A stretch of DNA of 64,000 nucleotides from an uncultured Chloroflexia bacterium. GTDB taxonomy: Bacteria; Chloroflexota; Limnocylindria; Limnocylindrales; CSP1-4. Of the stretch, positions 38,351 to 48,147 are shown one piece after another (position 1 is the first letter of the stretch; the number at the start of each line of letters is the position of its first letter). A program made the position numbers and the translations under genes. The DNA is taken from assembly GCA_963819655.1 (NCBI GenBank), contig CAWFXA010000001.1:352001-416000 (forward strand), in the 5' to 3' direction. The notes below the pieces were generated by a model. It was given only the letters and a program-made list of their open reading frames with translations. It did no database searches and was not told the origin of the DNA.

Positions 38351-39349
38351 TCAGGCGACTGGCGGCGCCCCGCTCGTCGATGACGCGCTGACCTGACCTG
38401 TGACCACAAGAAACGCCACGACGGCGACAAGCGCGACGAGCCCGATCACGACCACAAGTCGAATGAAGAGATCGACTCTGCTCCGGGCACCAAGGGTGCC
38501 GCTCTGTTGTTCCTGGTCGATCGGTTCGTCCGATGCGGTGACGTCGGCGGCCTGGTCGGGAACGCTCTCCTCGACATTCGGGACTGCTGGCTGGCTGACG
38601 ACGCCAGGGTCCATCACGCCGACGAGATCGGTGCCCGCGGAGGCTTTGTCGTCGGCCGCCTCCGAACGCGACAACTCTGCGATCGCCTGAGCACGTGCTG
38701 CCGACGCGATCTCTTCGACGCGGGGCGGTTCCGGCAGCTGGCTGGCCAATTGGGCGATCTCGGTCGGCTCCCGTTCGCCGGCCAGACGGCCGACAAAACG
38801 GTCCAATTCGGCCTGGTACTCCTCGACCGCCTGGCTGGCCCCGGAGATCTCGCGCTCAACGAGGGCGTCGTGCTGGGCCAGGTGCCGTTCGAGGTCCTCC
38901 CGGCGTGCGCCGATGCGACTTTCGGTCTCTCGACGGAGTCGCTCGCTTTCGGCAGCTGACCATTCATGGATGTGGCCCACGTCCTCTTCCGCGAGCCGCC
39001 TGAGCTCCTCCGCCTCGGTCGAAGCGCGGATGCGGACCTTTTGGACATGCGCGTCGAGGCTGTCTACTGTCTCTGCGGAGATGCGCCCGCGCTCGCGGTC
39101 GACGGCTTCCTGCATCTGTCGCGCGATCTCGTGGAGGAAGATCGGGACCGTGCCGCCTTCGGGCGCTTCGGTGACATCCTCACCAGGGGGCGAATCGACT
39201 CCGGGCAACTTGAATTGCCCAGGTGCCGACGATGCGGACCCAGACGCCTCGTCCAGCAACTCCGCCGTCTCGACCCCGCCATCAGGCGAGAGGGCGGTCG
39301 CCTCGGCCGCCTCGATCCCCGTTCTGGAGTAATTCGTATCGTGCTGCAT
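38351..39349 (-). CDS. Coiled-coil protein with C-terminal TM anchor
   Basis: E/A/R-rich helical core; C-terminal hydrophobic helix. Confidence 0.7.
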   Translation of the reverse strand: MQHDTNYSRTGIEAAEATALSPDGGVETAELLDEASGSASSAPGQFKLPGVDSPPGEDVTEAPEGGTVPIFLHEIARQMQEAVDRERGRISAETVDSLDAHVQKVRIRASTEAEELRRLAEEDVGHIHEWSAAESERLRRETESRIGARREDLERHLAQHDALVEREISGASQAVEEYQAELDRFVGRLAGEREPTEIAQLASQLPEPPRVEEIASAARAQAIAELSRSEAADDKASAGTDLVGVMDPGVVSQPAVPNVEESVPDQAADVTASDEPIDQEQQSGTLGARSRVDLFIRLVVVIGLVALVAVVAFLVVTGQVSASSTSGAPPVA

Positions 39350-39470
39350 CGTGATCCCCGAGATCCCGCACGCGCGCGTCGAGCATCCTAACAATGTGTG
39401 GGGCCAATAGACAACGCCCACGCACAAGTCGCGGTGCGCGAGGGAACCGCGGCCGTTCGCTTGACGGAGA

Positions 39471-40589
39471 CTAGGCGGGCCGCCCTTCCTCGACGGTGTC
39501 GTTGAGTCGGAGGAGCGCGGCCTTCCGCATCCAGGGCTCGTAGACGGCAACACCGGCCTCGAGATGCTTGGCGCTATACATCGCGGCGTCCGCCTGGCGC
39601 AGCAGCGTCTCGGGCGAGCCGATCGACGCCACGTAGGCGATCCCGACCGTCACGGTCAGACGCAGCGTGTGCCCGCCGACCGTCGCCGCGCCGTGGATGG
39701 CGTCCCGGAGTCGTTGCGCGATGGTGATGGCCGTTTCTCGTTCCGGGACCGGCGCCAGGACACAGAACTCATCACCACCGAAGCGAGCAACGATGTCGTC
39801 GGGACGCGTCGCAGACGACAGTCGCTTCGCAACGATGCGCAGGACCTCATCCCCGATCGAGTGACCGAGACCGTCATTGACGTCCTTGAAGCCGTTGAGG
39901 TCGAGGAACAACAGAGCCCACGGTTCGGGAAGCAGGTGGACGCGCTCGAGCTCGATGTCGAGCTGCTCGCGGTTGAGCAGGCCCGTCAGGGTGTCGTGCG
40001 TGGCCCGATATGCCAGCGTCTCCTCGATCCGCTTCTGGTCGGTGATGTCGATCATCACGCCGACCAATCGATGACCCGATCCGTCGGCCTTGCGGATGAC
40101 GCGGATCACGTCGGAGAACCAGCGGTACTGCCCGTTCGCGATGCGGAATCGATACTCGATGCGGATGCTGTTGAGGGCCTTGATGGCAGCGTCCGTCACG
40201 GCCATCGCGCGCTCGCGATCGTCCGGGTGCAGGTGGCGCTCCCAGAACTCGGGCTCCGTGAGCCAGATCTCGGGTGGGTACCCGGTGATGTCCAACGTAC
40301 GGGGCGACACGAAGGTCATCCGATAGTCGTCGCCATCCGCTTCCCACACGATGGCGTCGAGCGAGCCGACCAAGTCGTCGAAACGACTCTTGCCGACCAG
40401 CGGGCGCGAGGACGCGGCGGTGACCTCAGCACGCGCCTCGCCACCTTGCTTGGTCGAATGGCGGGGAGGTTGCGACACGAGGGTGCCGGGGGGACCTGCC
40501 ATCGACCGGATCGTCGCTCGCGTGGTCAGGCGCGGCGCACGGGAACTCGACCGAGTCGACTTCCCGGTTGACGGATCGGGAGTCCTCAT
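39471..40589 (-). CDS. PAS-GGDEF diguanylate cyclase (start uncertain; 40502 possible)
   Basis: PAS_3-like HLHPDDRE...EYRFR; HDTLTGLLNR, DLNGFKDVND, RPDD I-site, RFGGDEF. Confidence 0.9.
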   Translation of the reverse strand: MRTPDPSTGKSTRSSSRAPRLTTRATIRSMAGPPGTLVSQPPRHSTKQGGEARAEVTAASSRPLVGKSRFDDLVGSLDAIVWEADGDDYRMTFVSPRTLDITGYPPEIWLTEPEFWERHLHPDDRERAMAVTDAAIKALNSIRIEYRFRIANGQYRWFSDVIRVIRKADGSGHRLVGVMIDITDQKRIEETLAYRATHDTLTGLLNREQLDIELERVHLLPEPWALLFLDLNGFKDVNDGLGHSIGDEVLRIVAKRLSSATRPDDIVARFGGDEFCVLAPVPERETAITIAQRLRDAIHGAATVGGHTLRLTVTVGIAYVASIGSPETLLRQADAAMYSAKHLEAGVAVYEPWMRKAALLRLNDTVEEGRPA

Positions 40590-40724
40590 GAGGACGCGGC
40601 CCTGTCGTGCGTTCGCGACATGCATGGATCCCTGGCTGCGAGCGATGGGCGAAGCCTAGGGAAGTCATCCCGGCAAACAACCCACCTATCCGTACCACCC
40701 CGGTCCGGACCGGTGACGGGCATC

Positions 40725-40750
40725 TGCCACAATCCCGCGGCTATCGCGTC
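40725..40750 (+). promoter_or_regulatory. Putative ECF-type promoter TGCCACA-N15-CGTC
   Basis: Similar to the 36151-36177 motif; ends 9 nt before the GTG at 40760. Confidence 0.5.
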
Positions 40751-40759
40751 ATCACGGGT

Positions 40760-41335
40760 GTGGAGGGCGAGATCGACCCGTCCAGCGGGCGGCGACCAAC
40801 GATCCGCCCGATCGGCCGCACGACTGTCGCGGACCTTCGGGCCGACTTCGTCATGGCCGCGTATGACGAGCACCAGCGCAAGCTCACGGGCTTCGCGTAC
40901 GCGCTGACGCACGATCCCGACGTCGCCGACGACCTCGTCCAGGAGACGTTCCTCAGGCTAGTCAAGGAGCATGCCGCCGGGCGCGTCCCGGACAACGTTT
41001 CGGCGTGGCTGTTCCGGGTGTGCGCGAATCTCGTCACCAGTCGAGGCCGCCGCGGGGTCGTTGCTCGCCGGTATATCGAGCGTGCGCCGCGCCCGGACGA
41101 CGAGGTGGCTGCCGACGTCGAGTTGTTGCGCAACGAGATGGGTGAAGCGCTCGTCGCCGCGCTGGCGATCCTGACCATCGAAGCCAGGACGGCACTCGTG
41201 ATGGCCGCCAACGGATTCTCGGGGCGCGAGATCGCGGCATCGATCGGCCGGACTGAGCCCGCCACGCGCACGCTGATGTTCCGGGCCCGGGAACGTCTCC
41301 GATCGTTCCTCGTCGCCGAAGGGATGCACGCATGA
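40760..41335 (+). CDS. ECF RNA polymerase sigma-70 factor
   Basis: ADDLVQETFLRL, SAWLFRVCAN, GFSGREIAASIG..RTLMFRAR. Confidence 0.9.
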   Translation: MEGEIDPSSGRRPTIRPIGRTTVADLRADFVMAAYDEHQRKLTGFAYALTHDPDVADDLVQETFLRLVKEHAAGRVPDNVSAWLFRVCANLVTSRGRRGVVARRYIERAPRPDDEVAADVELLRNEMGEALVAALAILTIEARTALVMAANGFSGREIAASIGRTEPATRTLMFRARERLRSFLVAEGMHA

Positions 41336-43215
41336 CCCACGATCACGACGCCCTTCGACTCGCGGTCGCATCCCTCGATTTCGAGCTGACTCCGCAGGAG
41401 CAGGCGCGAATGCACGCCGGACTGCTCGAGTGCGAGGAATGCGCCCAGGCCGCCGCGAGCCACAGCGAGATGCAGCGCCTTCTCGGCCGACTTCCCGTCC
41501 GTGATGCGTCGCCCGATGTTCGACAGCGCGTCCTCCGCTCTGCCCTCGTCCCGCCGCGCGATCGACAATGGCCGGTCTTGCTCGCGGCAGCGGCGCTGCT
41601 CGCGTTGCTGGTCGGGGTCGCCGCTGCCGCCGGGGCGTTCCGAGAACGCTCGCCGCTCGATGCCACGGTCACGCTCCCATCCAGCTCGCTGCCGGCGCTC
41701 GGGGATGTCGAATCGCCCCAGCCGACCGCCACGGCTGACCCAGGCTCACCGGCGCCGGGTCAAGGGCCGCCAGGTGCCGCGTTCGGCGGCACGCCGTTGA
41801 CGCCGGATACGCTGGCCCAAGTCGTCTCGGGTCGTCTCCGGATCCGATCGGAACCTCGCGTCGCCACCGATTCCATCAAGTACGAGCCGTTGTTAGACGT
41901 CGGCGATCGCCTCTTGATCCTCGACGGGCCGGTGGTGGCGAACGACTACGAGTGGTATCAGGTCACGGCGTGGCGCCCCGGCAACCTGTACGCCTCGTTC
42001 CCGGTCGGCTGGGTGTCACGTGGCGACCACGACGGGACGCTGTGGATCAGCCCGCGCGTCGATACATGTCCTTCTATCGAGATCACGATGGACATCGTGG
42101 TCGCGCTCCACCCGGAGGAGCGGGTGGCCTGTTTCGGCGATCGCCCGCTCCGACTCCGCGGCTTCGTCGAGGGGAGTGCAGCGACCGCCCAGTGTGTGCC
42201 GGATCCAGCGGTCGCCTGCGTCGACGGTCCCGCCTGGCTGACAGGGCTTGGGGGCTGGCGGTCGGAGGTCGACACGCAAGTCGCCACTCCGTCGATCGGC
42301 GGGCCGCAGCTGACGCTGGATCCCGATGGGCCGGTCGCCGCCTCGGCGCTGCCGGAGTCCGGCATGGTCGACCTCGAGGGAGCGTTCGATCACCAGGCCG
42401 CGGCTGACTGCCACCCCGGTGCGACCGGACCTGGAGCACAGCCCGTCGCCGAACCCGTCGCTCGCCTCGCATGCCGGATGCGGTTCGTGGTGACGAAGGT
42501 CACGGCGGACGGCCGCTATCCGGTCGCGGGGACGCCAGGGATCACCGTGTCGCCGAACCTCCGCGTGCGCTCGGAACCCGGCCTGACGAGTGAGCGGTTC
42601 GAGCTGCTCGCAGACGGCACGCGGGTCTGGGTGGTCGAGGGCCCGGTCGTCGCGGCCGAATACGAATGGTTCAAGGTCCTCGTGCCGTCCGTCGACTCGG
42701 GCGGCGGCACCCCGCGCGTCGGCTGGGTGTCCGCGTCCGACCACGGAACGGAGCGCTGGCTGGCACGCCAGACGATCGATTGCCCGGCGCCAGGTTCGAT
42801 CCGTGTCGCAGACCTGGCCCGGCTGGTGGGTTCCGACACGGGCGACGGTGGCTTGGCCTGTTTCGGGCGGTCGGCGATCCGGATCGAGGGTGACCTCGGG
42901 CTCGTGTGCAACGACCGCGATCGTCCGTCCTGGGACTGGCGGCCCGAGTGGCTGTCGGGTAACGCAACGCGGAAACTGACGATCCGCGACGGAAGGGCCG
43001 TCGTCACTGCCAGGCCAACCGAGAGCCTCGACGTGCCGGTCGCATGTGGCGATCAGGCCGGTCGGTTCGTCATCGACGCCCATTTCGACGATGAAGCCGC
43101 GAGTGGCTGTGAGGCGGCCGTAGACCGGAGCTCGCTCGGGCACGACATCGGCATCGCGGCGTGGCATTGGTGTCGAGCCACGCTGGTCGTCGATCGGCTG
43201 ACGCAGGTCCCCTAA
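41332..43215 (+). CDS. Anti-sigma factor with degenerate ZAS, TM and two (SH3b-like + Cys-paired module) units
   Basis: ATGA overlap; CEEC; LR(I/V)RSEP...GPVV...YEW...GWVS twice. Confidence 0.82.
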   Translation: MTHDHDALRLAVASLDFELTPQEQARMHAGLLECEECAQAAASHSEMQRLLGRLPVRDASPDVRQRVLRSALVPPRDRQWPVLLAAAALLALLVGVAAAAGAFRERSPLDATVTLPSSSLPALGDVESPQPTATADPGSPAPGQGPPGAAFGGTPLTPDTLAQVVSGRLRIRSEPRVATDSIKYEPLLDVGDRLLILDGPVVANDYEWYQVTAWRPGNLYASFPVGWVSRGDHDGTLWISPRVDTCPSIEITMDIVVALHPEERVACFGDRPLRLRGFVEGSAATAQCVPDPAVACVDGPAWLTGLGGWRSEVDTQVATPSIGGPQLTLDPDGPVAASALPESGMVDLEGAFDHQAAADCHPGATGPGAQPVAEPVARLACRMRFVVTKVTADGRYPVAGTPGITVSPNLRVRSEPGLTSERFELLADGTRVWVVEGPVVAAEYEWFKVLVPSVDSGGGTPRVGWVSASDHGTERWLARQTIDCPAPGSIRVADLARLVGSDTGDGGLACFGRSAIRIEGDLGLVCNDRDRPSWDWRPEWLSGNATRKLTIRDGRAVVTARPTESLDVPVACGDQAGRFVIDAHFDDEAASGCEAAVDRSSLGHDIGIAAWHWCRATLVVDRLTQVP

Positions 43216-43232
43216 CGGCAGAGCGTCCGACC

Positions 43233-43886
43233 CTACTCCGCGGCGCCCGGCGCAGCGTCAAGGTCGGTCGCGCGCCGATCCAGCCGCCCGGTTCGATCGA
43301 ACACGCCCAGGAGGAACTGCACCAGCGGTCCGATCCCAAAGGCGAACGCCAGAGTCCCGATCCCGATCGACCCGCCGAGCAGCCAACCCAGCGCCAGGAC
43401 CGTTACCTCGACCAGCGTCCGGGCCCGCCGGATCGACCACCCGAAACGGTGGTGGAGCCCGGTCATCAGTCCGTCGCGAGGCCCAGCTCCAAGATCGGCC
43501 GCCAGGTACAGGCCGGAGCCGAGCCCGATGACCAGCAGTCCGGCCAGCATCATCGCAAGCTGGGTTCCCAGGCCGACCGCGCCGGGTAGCAGCGCGATCC
43601 CGACGTTCGTCGCGGTTCCGATCAAGACGACGTTGAGCAACGTCCCGATGCCGGGCCGCTCGCCGAGTGGCAACCACAGGAGGAGGATCGGGATCCCGAG
43701 GAGCACGCTGATCGTGCCGATCTCCAGACCCGTCAGTCGGCCGAGACCCTGGTGGAACGCCTCCCACGGTCCGAGGCCGAGCCCGGCTTCCGCCATCAGG
43801 GCGATGCCGAGTCCGAAGAGGATCAGCCCGACGATCAAGCCAGGCAGGCGCGGAAGGACGTCTCTCCACATCGAGCGTCGAAGCAT
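43233..43886 (-). CDS. YczE/YitT family membrane protein
   Basis: GLGLGPWEAFHQG, PGIGTLLN, GAGPRDGLMTG. Confidence 0.88.
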   Translation of the reverse strand: MLRRSMWRDVLPRLPGLIVGLILFGLGIALMAEAGLGLGPWEAFHQGLGRLTGLEIGTISVLLGIPILLLWLPLGERPGIGTLLNVVLIGTATNVGIALLPGAVGLGTQLAMMLAGLLVIGLGSGLYLAADLGAGPRDGLMTGLHHRFGWSIRRARTLVEVTVLALGWLLGGSIGIGTLAFAFGIGPLVQFLLGVFDRTGRLDRRATDLDAAPGAAE

Positions 43887-43952
43887 CCGCCGATGGTAGC
43901 GACGGCGTGATCGGAACGGTCCGCGGGTGGTCAACACCTGTATCGTCCGCCC

Positions 43953-45044
43953 GTGACCGACCCATCGATCCGCGCTCTCTTCGCCCCGGCGGACGATGTG
44001 ACCTATCTGGACGCGGCCACGTACGGTTTGCCACCGACTCCAACGGTGGAGGCGATGGAGCGGGCTTTGGCCGGCTGGCGATCCGGGACGGCACGCTGGG
44101 TCGATGACTGGGACCGCCCGGCCGACGCCGCCAGAGGGTTGTTCGCCGAGCTGATCGGCGCGTCGGCCGCGGATATCGCGCTCATCCCATCTGTCTCGAT
44201 CGGGACGGGTCTCGTGGCGGCCAGCCTGCGCCCGGGCGACGTCATCGTTGTGCCCGACGACGAGCACGTCTCCGATCTGTTCCCGCTCCTCGTGGCGGAA
44301 CGGCGAGGCGTGACGGTCCGGGCGGTGCCCTTCGCCGCCTTGCCCGACGCGATCGAACCGGGGACGTCGCTCGTCGCGGCGAGCCTCGTCCAGATGCAGA
44401 CCGGACGAGTCGCCGATCTCGCCTCGATCACGCGGCGGGCAGCGGAGGTCGGTGCCCGGGTGCTCATCGATTCGACACACGCGACGCCGTTCGTCGAGGT
44501 CGCCGATCACATCGGGGCGATCGATTATCTCGTCTGCCACGCTTACAAGCACCTCCTCGGGGCGAGGGGCTGCGCGTTCCTGTATGTGCGGGCCGATCGC
44601 GTCGACGACCTCCAGCCGACCTACGCGAACTGGCGCGGCGCGCCCGATCCATGGAGCAAGTTCTTCGGCGGACCGCTGGAGCTCGCCGACGACGCCGCAC
44701 GCTTCAATGTCTCGCTCGCCTGGCTGCCGTGGGTGGCGACGGTCGAATTGCTTCGGTGCGTCACGGCGTGGAGGCGCGAGGGGGCGCTTGCACCAGTGCT
44801 GGCATTGGCGGCCAGGTTCGCCGCTGCCCTCGATCGGGAGCCGGCGGGTGCGTCACTCGTCTGCGTACCCGTCTCCGAGCCCGAACACGTCCGAGCGGCG
44901 CTCGATCGCGAGCGCATCCGGGCGGCCGTCCGCGGGAACGGGATCCGTTTCTCGGTCCACGTCTGGAACGACGACGCCGACATCGAGCGGGCGGTCGATG
45001 CCATCCGGCCGTTCCTTCCAGCGCCCGAACAGGTCGCTAAGTAG
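43953..45044 (+). CDS. Class V PLP aminotransferase-like enzyme
   Basis: YLDAATYGLP, IDSTH, HAYKHLLG, IRFSVHVWN. Confidence 0.88.
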   Translation: MTDPSIRALFAPADDVTYLDAATYGLPPTPTVEAMERALAGWRSGTARWVDDWDRPADAARGLFAELIGASAADIALIPSVSIGTGLVAASLRPGDVIVVPDDEHVSDLFPLLVAERRGVTVRAVPFAALPDAIEPGTSLVAASLVQMQTGRVADLASITRRAAEVGARVLIDSTHATPFVEVADHIGAIDYLVCHAYKHLLGARGCAFLYVRADRVDDLQPTYANWRGAPDPWSKFFGGPLELADDAARFNVSLAWLPWVATVELLRCVTAWRREGALAPVLALAARFAAALDREPAGASLVCVPVSEPEHVRAALDRERIRAAVRGNGIRFSVHVWNDDADIERAVDAIRPFLPAPEQVAK

Positions 45045-45072
45045 GGCCTTCTCGCGGTAGGATGACGCAACC

Positions 45073-46338
45073 GTGGCGCTCCGTATCCTCCGGCTGGTTG
45101 CCGTCGCCTCGATCCTCGCGTTTGGCGTCACCGCTCGCACCGTCACCGCCACGCAGGCGCACACCGATGACATCGCCGCCGACCGGCCGCCCGCGGTCGC
45201 GGATTTGCCTCCGGCCGATCTCGGTGAGCAGCCGCCGCCGACCGACCTGCCTCCGACCGAGCCGCCGCCGGTCGCGGTAGAGCCGCCTCCGGCAGACCCC
45301 GTTGGGCCGGCCCCGACTGACGCGCCATTGACCGACGCGCCATTGACCGACACGCCATTGACCGACACGCCATTGACCGACACGCCAGTCGCCGCGGAGC
45401 CGCCGCCTACCGCGTCCGATGCGCCGTTCCCGAGCGAAGAGGCGGTACCGGCCTCGACCGCATCGCCGGACGCGTCCCCCACCGTCGGTGATCCGGCTGT
45501 CTCCGACCCGTCCGCGGCCGAGCCACTTCCGTCACCCGTGGCCGTCTCGCCCATCGCCGAGGATCCGGCGGATACAGCAACGGCGCCCAAACCCGCCCTC
45601 CCGCACGCTGTACCGAAACCGATCGTCAGCGAGCCGGTCGTGGCTTCGGCTCCGGTCGCAGCTAGGGCCAGGCAGCCCGCCCACGAGCCGGACGCGGTCC
45701 AGCCGGCCGCCCGTCCGGTAGAGGCCTCCCGGTCGGTCGCGCCCGGATGGCTGCCGCACGTGACCGGGCTGATACTGCCGGACGAGGTGCAGCCGGTGAC
45801 GGCCGGGATCGTCGCGGGACTTGCGGTTACGAACACGGCCCCAGCTAGCGTGGCGGTCGCCATCGAATTCGGACGCGCCGGCGGCGGGTGGGCCGGTGGG
45901 ATCGTGTTCAACCTGTGGCTTCGTCGGAAGTTACGCGAGCGGCCAATGAGCCAGCGGCAGCTCGCTGCTCTCTCCGGCGTCGACCACTCGACGATCTCAC
46001 GGCTGCTCCGCCAGGATCGAACGCCGTCGCTCGCGACCGCGACGAAGCTCGCCAAGGCACTCAGGCACGTGCGAGTCGAGCCAGGCGAGTCCGATACTGC
46101 CGATTACTTCGATCGCATACCAGAGGAGACGCTGTTCCCGGCGAGACGGGTGGAGATGGCCCTGAGGGCTGACGAACTGCTCGACGACGATGATGTCCGG
46201 CGCCTGATGAACGACTACCTGGACGCCCGCCGAAGGCGCCAGACGACGGCGTCATCCAACGAGCTTTTGGCGAACGGCCGCCTGTCAGCGCCGGCCCGCG
46301 CCGGGCCAACGCGCTCCGCGCTCGACCCGCGCCGCTAG
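45073..46338 (+). CDS. Signal peptide + Pro-rich region + C-terminal XRE-family HTH
   Basis: MSQRQLAALSGVDHSTISRLL..RTPSLATA; single open frame; TAGGAT upstream. Confidence 0.7.
   Translation: MALRILRLVAVASILAFGVTARTVTATQAHTDDIAADRPPAVADLPPADLGEQPPPTDLPPTEPPPVAVEPPPADPVGPAPTDAPLTDAPLTDTPLTDTPLTDTPVAAEPPPTASDAPFPSEEAVPASTASPDASPTVGDPAVSDPSAAEPLPSPVAVSPIAEDPADTATAPKPALPHAVPKPIVSEPVVASAPVAARARQPAHEPDAVQPAARPVEASRSVAPGWLPHVTGLILPDEVQPVTAGIVAGLAVTNTAPASVAVAIEFGRAGGGWAGGIVFNLWLRRKLRERPMSQRQLAALSGVDHSTISRLLRQDRTPSLATATKLAKALRHVRVEPGESDTADYFDRIPEETLFPARRVEMALRADELLDDDDVRRLMNDYLDARRRRQTTASSNELLANGRLSAPARAGPTRSALDPRR
45316..45390 (+). repeat. 15-bp tandem repeat x5 encoding TD(A/T)P(L/V)
   Basis: AC(T/C)GAC(G/A)CGCCATTG units; the last copy is degenerate. 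Confidence 0.92.
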
Positions 46339-46434
46339 TCAGTCGCCTCGTCCTGTTCGAGCGTTGTGGAAGGTGCCCGGTGCCCATTAGAATGGCTTGG
46401 CTTTAGGCAGACGCTCTAGTTGAGCGCACGCCGG

Positions 46435-46510
46435 GCGGGAGTAACTCAGTTGGCAGAGTGTCTGCTTCCCAAGCAGGATGTCGCGGGTTCGAACCCCGTC
46501 TCCCGCTCCA
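46435..46510 (+). tRNA. tRNA-Gly(CCC)
   Basis: GCGGGAG acceptor stem, anticodon loop TTCCCAA, GGTTCGAACCC T-arm, encoded CCA; TAGAAT at 46388. Confidence 0.97.
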
Positions 46511-46532
46511 ACATCGCGGTTCACGCTTAGGA

Positions 46533-46553
46533 CGACACCCTGACTGGGTGTCG
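46533..46553 (+). terminator. Hairpin downstream of the tRNA
   Basis: CGACACCC-TGACT-GGGTGTCG; no clear U tract. Confidence 0.35.
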
Positions 46554-46650
46554 ATCAAGCCTCACGACGCAGGTGTCCCGACCATGCGGCCGCGTTCATC
46601 GACCTCGTCTGTAGCGCCCATGGCACGGACCGGACACCGAGGACGAGTCG

Positions 46651-47496
46651 ATGGATGACTTCGCTTCTCGCGCTGCGCCACTCGAGTACTGGTTCTGGAA
46701 GTTCCACACAGGCGACCTGGCATTCCTCGTCGACTTCATCCTGCGCAGGCGGACCGACGAGGCCGAGGTCAGGGTCAGCCTCTGGGTGCGCGGCGAGGGT
46801 CGCGTCGAGCGCCTCGTCAGCCGATCCTGGTGGGCGGACACCAACACGGTGTCGGTCGGCGACCAACGCCTCACCTCGAGCGGCTCGATCGGCGCGGTGG
46901 CGGACATCTCGTGGCAACTTGACTGGCAGCCGGGTCCCCATCTCGTGGATCCGCGACCGGGGTTCCTCGGACCGATGCACCCCTTCGACATGGAGCTGCT
47001 CCTGCGCCCCGCCGCCCGGTTCAGCGGAGTCGTGACAGTCGCCGGCGAGCGGTTCGACGTCGTCGATGTCCCCGGCCTGCTGACGCACTACTGGGGCCGC
47101 CGCCTGGCCAGGAGCTGGTGCTGGATCTCGGCGACGGAGTTTGAGGACGCCCCGGAGCGCCGCGTCGAGGTCCTCCTCGCCCGGTCGGGTCTGTGGGGGC
47201 GCGACCCGCTCGTGCTGCCCTTCGCCTACCTCTGGACGACCGACGGGCAACGATCGGAGCTGACGATCTCCCCAGTCACCGGCCTGATCCGGCAACGTGA
47301 GCTCTCGAATGGCATCGCCATCGATGTGGGGCGAATCAATGGCAGGCGCCATCGGCTCTCGTGCACCGCCGGGGCGGACACGTTCAACGACCTCGGCGAG
47401 GGGATCCGACAGACCCTCCTGGCGGAGCTCATCTTCGATGGCCACCGGGCCGTAGCCGGCCGCACCGGTCTGGAGTTCCGCGACGCGCGTCGCTGA
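46651..47496 (+). CDS. Hypothetical protein, tocopherol-cyclase/lipocalin-like
   Basis: EYWFWK...HYWGRRLARSWCW aromatic motifs. Confidence 0.6.
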   Translation: MDDFASRAAPLEYWFWKFHTGDLAFLVDFILRRRTDEAEVRVSLWVRGEGRVERLVSRSWWADTNTVSVGDQRLTSSGSIGAVADISWQLDWQPGPHLVDPRPGFLGPMHPFDMELLLRPAARFSGVVTVAGERFDVVDVPGLLTHYWGRRLARSWCWISATEFEDAPERRVEVLLARSGLWGRDPLVLPFAYLWTTDGQRSELTISPVTGLIRQRELSNGIAIDVGRINGRRHRLSCTAGADTFNDLGEGIRQTLLAELIFDGHRAVAGRTGLEFRDARR

Positions 47497-47517
47497 CGCC
47501 GACCCGGGCGGAGGGTC

Positions 47518-47718
47518 CTAGACGCCCTTGATGAAGGTACCGAGCAGCAAGAGCACGAACGCGACCACGGCGGCGTAGATCGCCAGAGTGCCGGTGGCGA
47601 AGCCGGCGATCGTAGCCGGCACGAGGCTCGTGAAGAAGACGAGCGCCGCGAAGACGGTCAGCACGGCGGCGAGCACGATCGTGCCCGACCTTGGCGCGTA
47701 GTTGCTGCGTCGGCGCAT
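47518..47718 (-). CDS. Small 2-TM membrane protein
   Basis: Hydrophobic; TGATG coupling to the upstream gene. Confidence 0.7.
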   Translation of the reverse strand: MRRRSNYAPRSGTIVLAAVLTVFAALVFFTSLVPATIAGFATGTLAIYAAVVAFVLLLLGTFIKGV

Positions 47719-47963
47719 CAGATCCCCCGCACGAGTGAGCCGACGATCAGGAGGGTCGGGGAAGCGATGATCAAGATGCGAGCCAACTCCAGGGTGGCGC
47801 TGACGCCGACGACCGCGAGCGCATCCCCGAGCACCTGGTTGAGCGGCGCGATCGAGAAGAGGCTGCCCTCCAGCGAGAGCCCGATCACCATCAGCACGAC
47901 CGCGATCACGACCGTGGCCAGGTAGGGCGGGTTCGGTTTCACGCGGCGAGTATAGGTCCGCAA
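47718..47963 (-). CDS. Small 2-TM membrane protein, probable paralog of its neighbour
   Basis: TTG start; C-terminal LLIVGSLVRGI similar to LLLLGTFIKGV. Confidence 0.6.
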   Translation of the reverse strand: MRTYTRRVKPNPPYLATVVIAVVLMVIGLSLEGSLFSIAPLNQVLGDALAVVGVSATLELARILIIASPTLLIVGSLVRGI

Positions 47964-48147
47964 GTAGAGGCGAGATCCGCGACCTCGGCGGCTCGTGTCC
48001 CTACCTCAGCCTCTGTGTCATTCGGCCCCCGTCGTGGGGGGCCGATGGCCGTCAGATGGGTCGGCATGGCCCATCCGCTCAGAGCACCTCCTCGCCCATG
48101 CTGGGCTCTGATAAGAACCAGAGACAGTAGACAGTGAGGAATGGATC

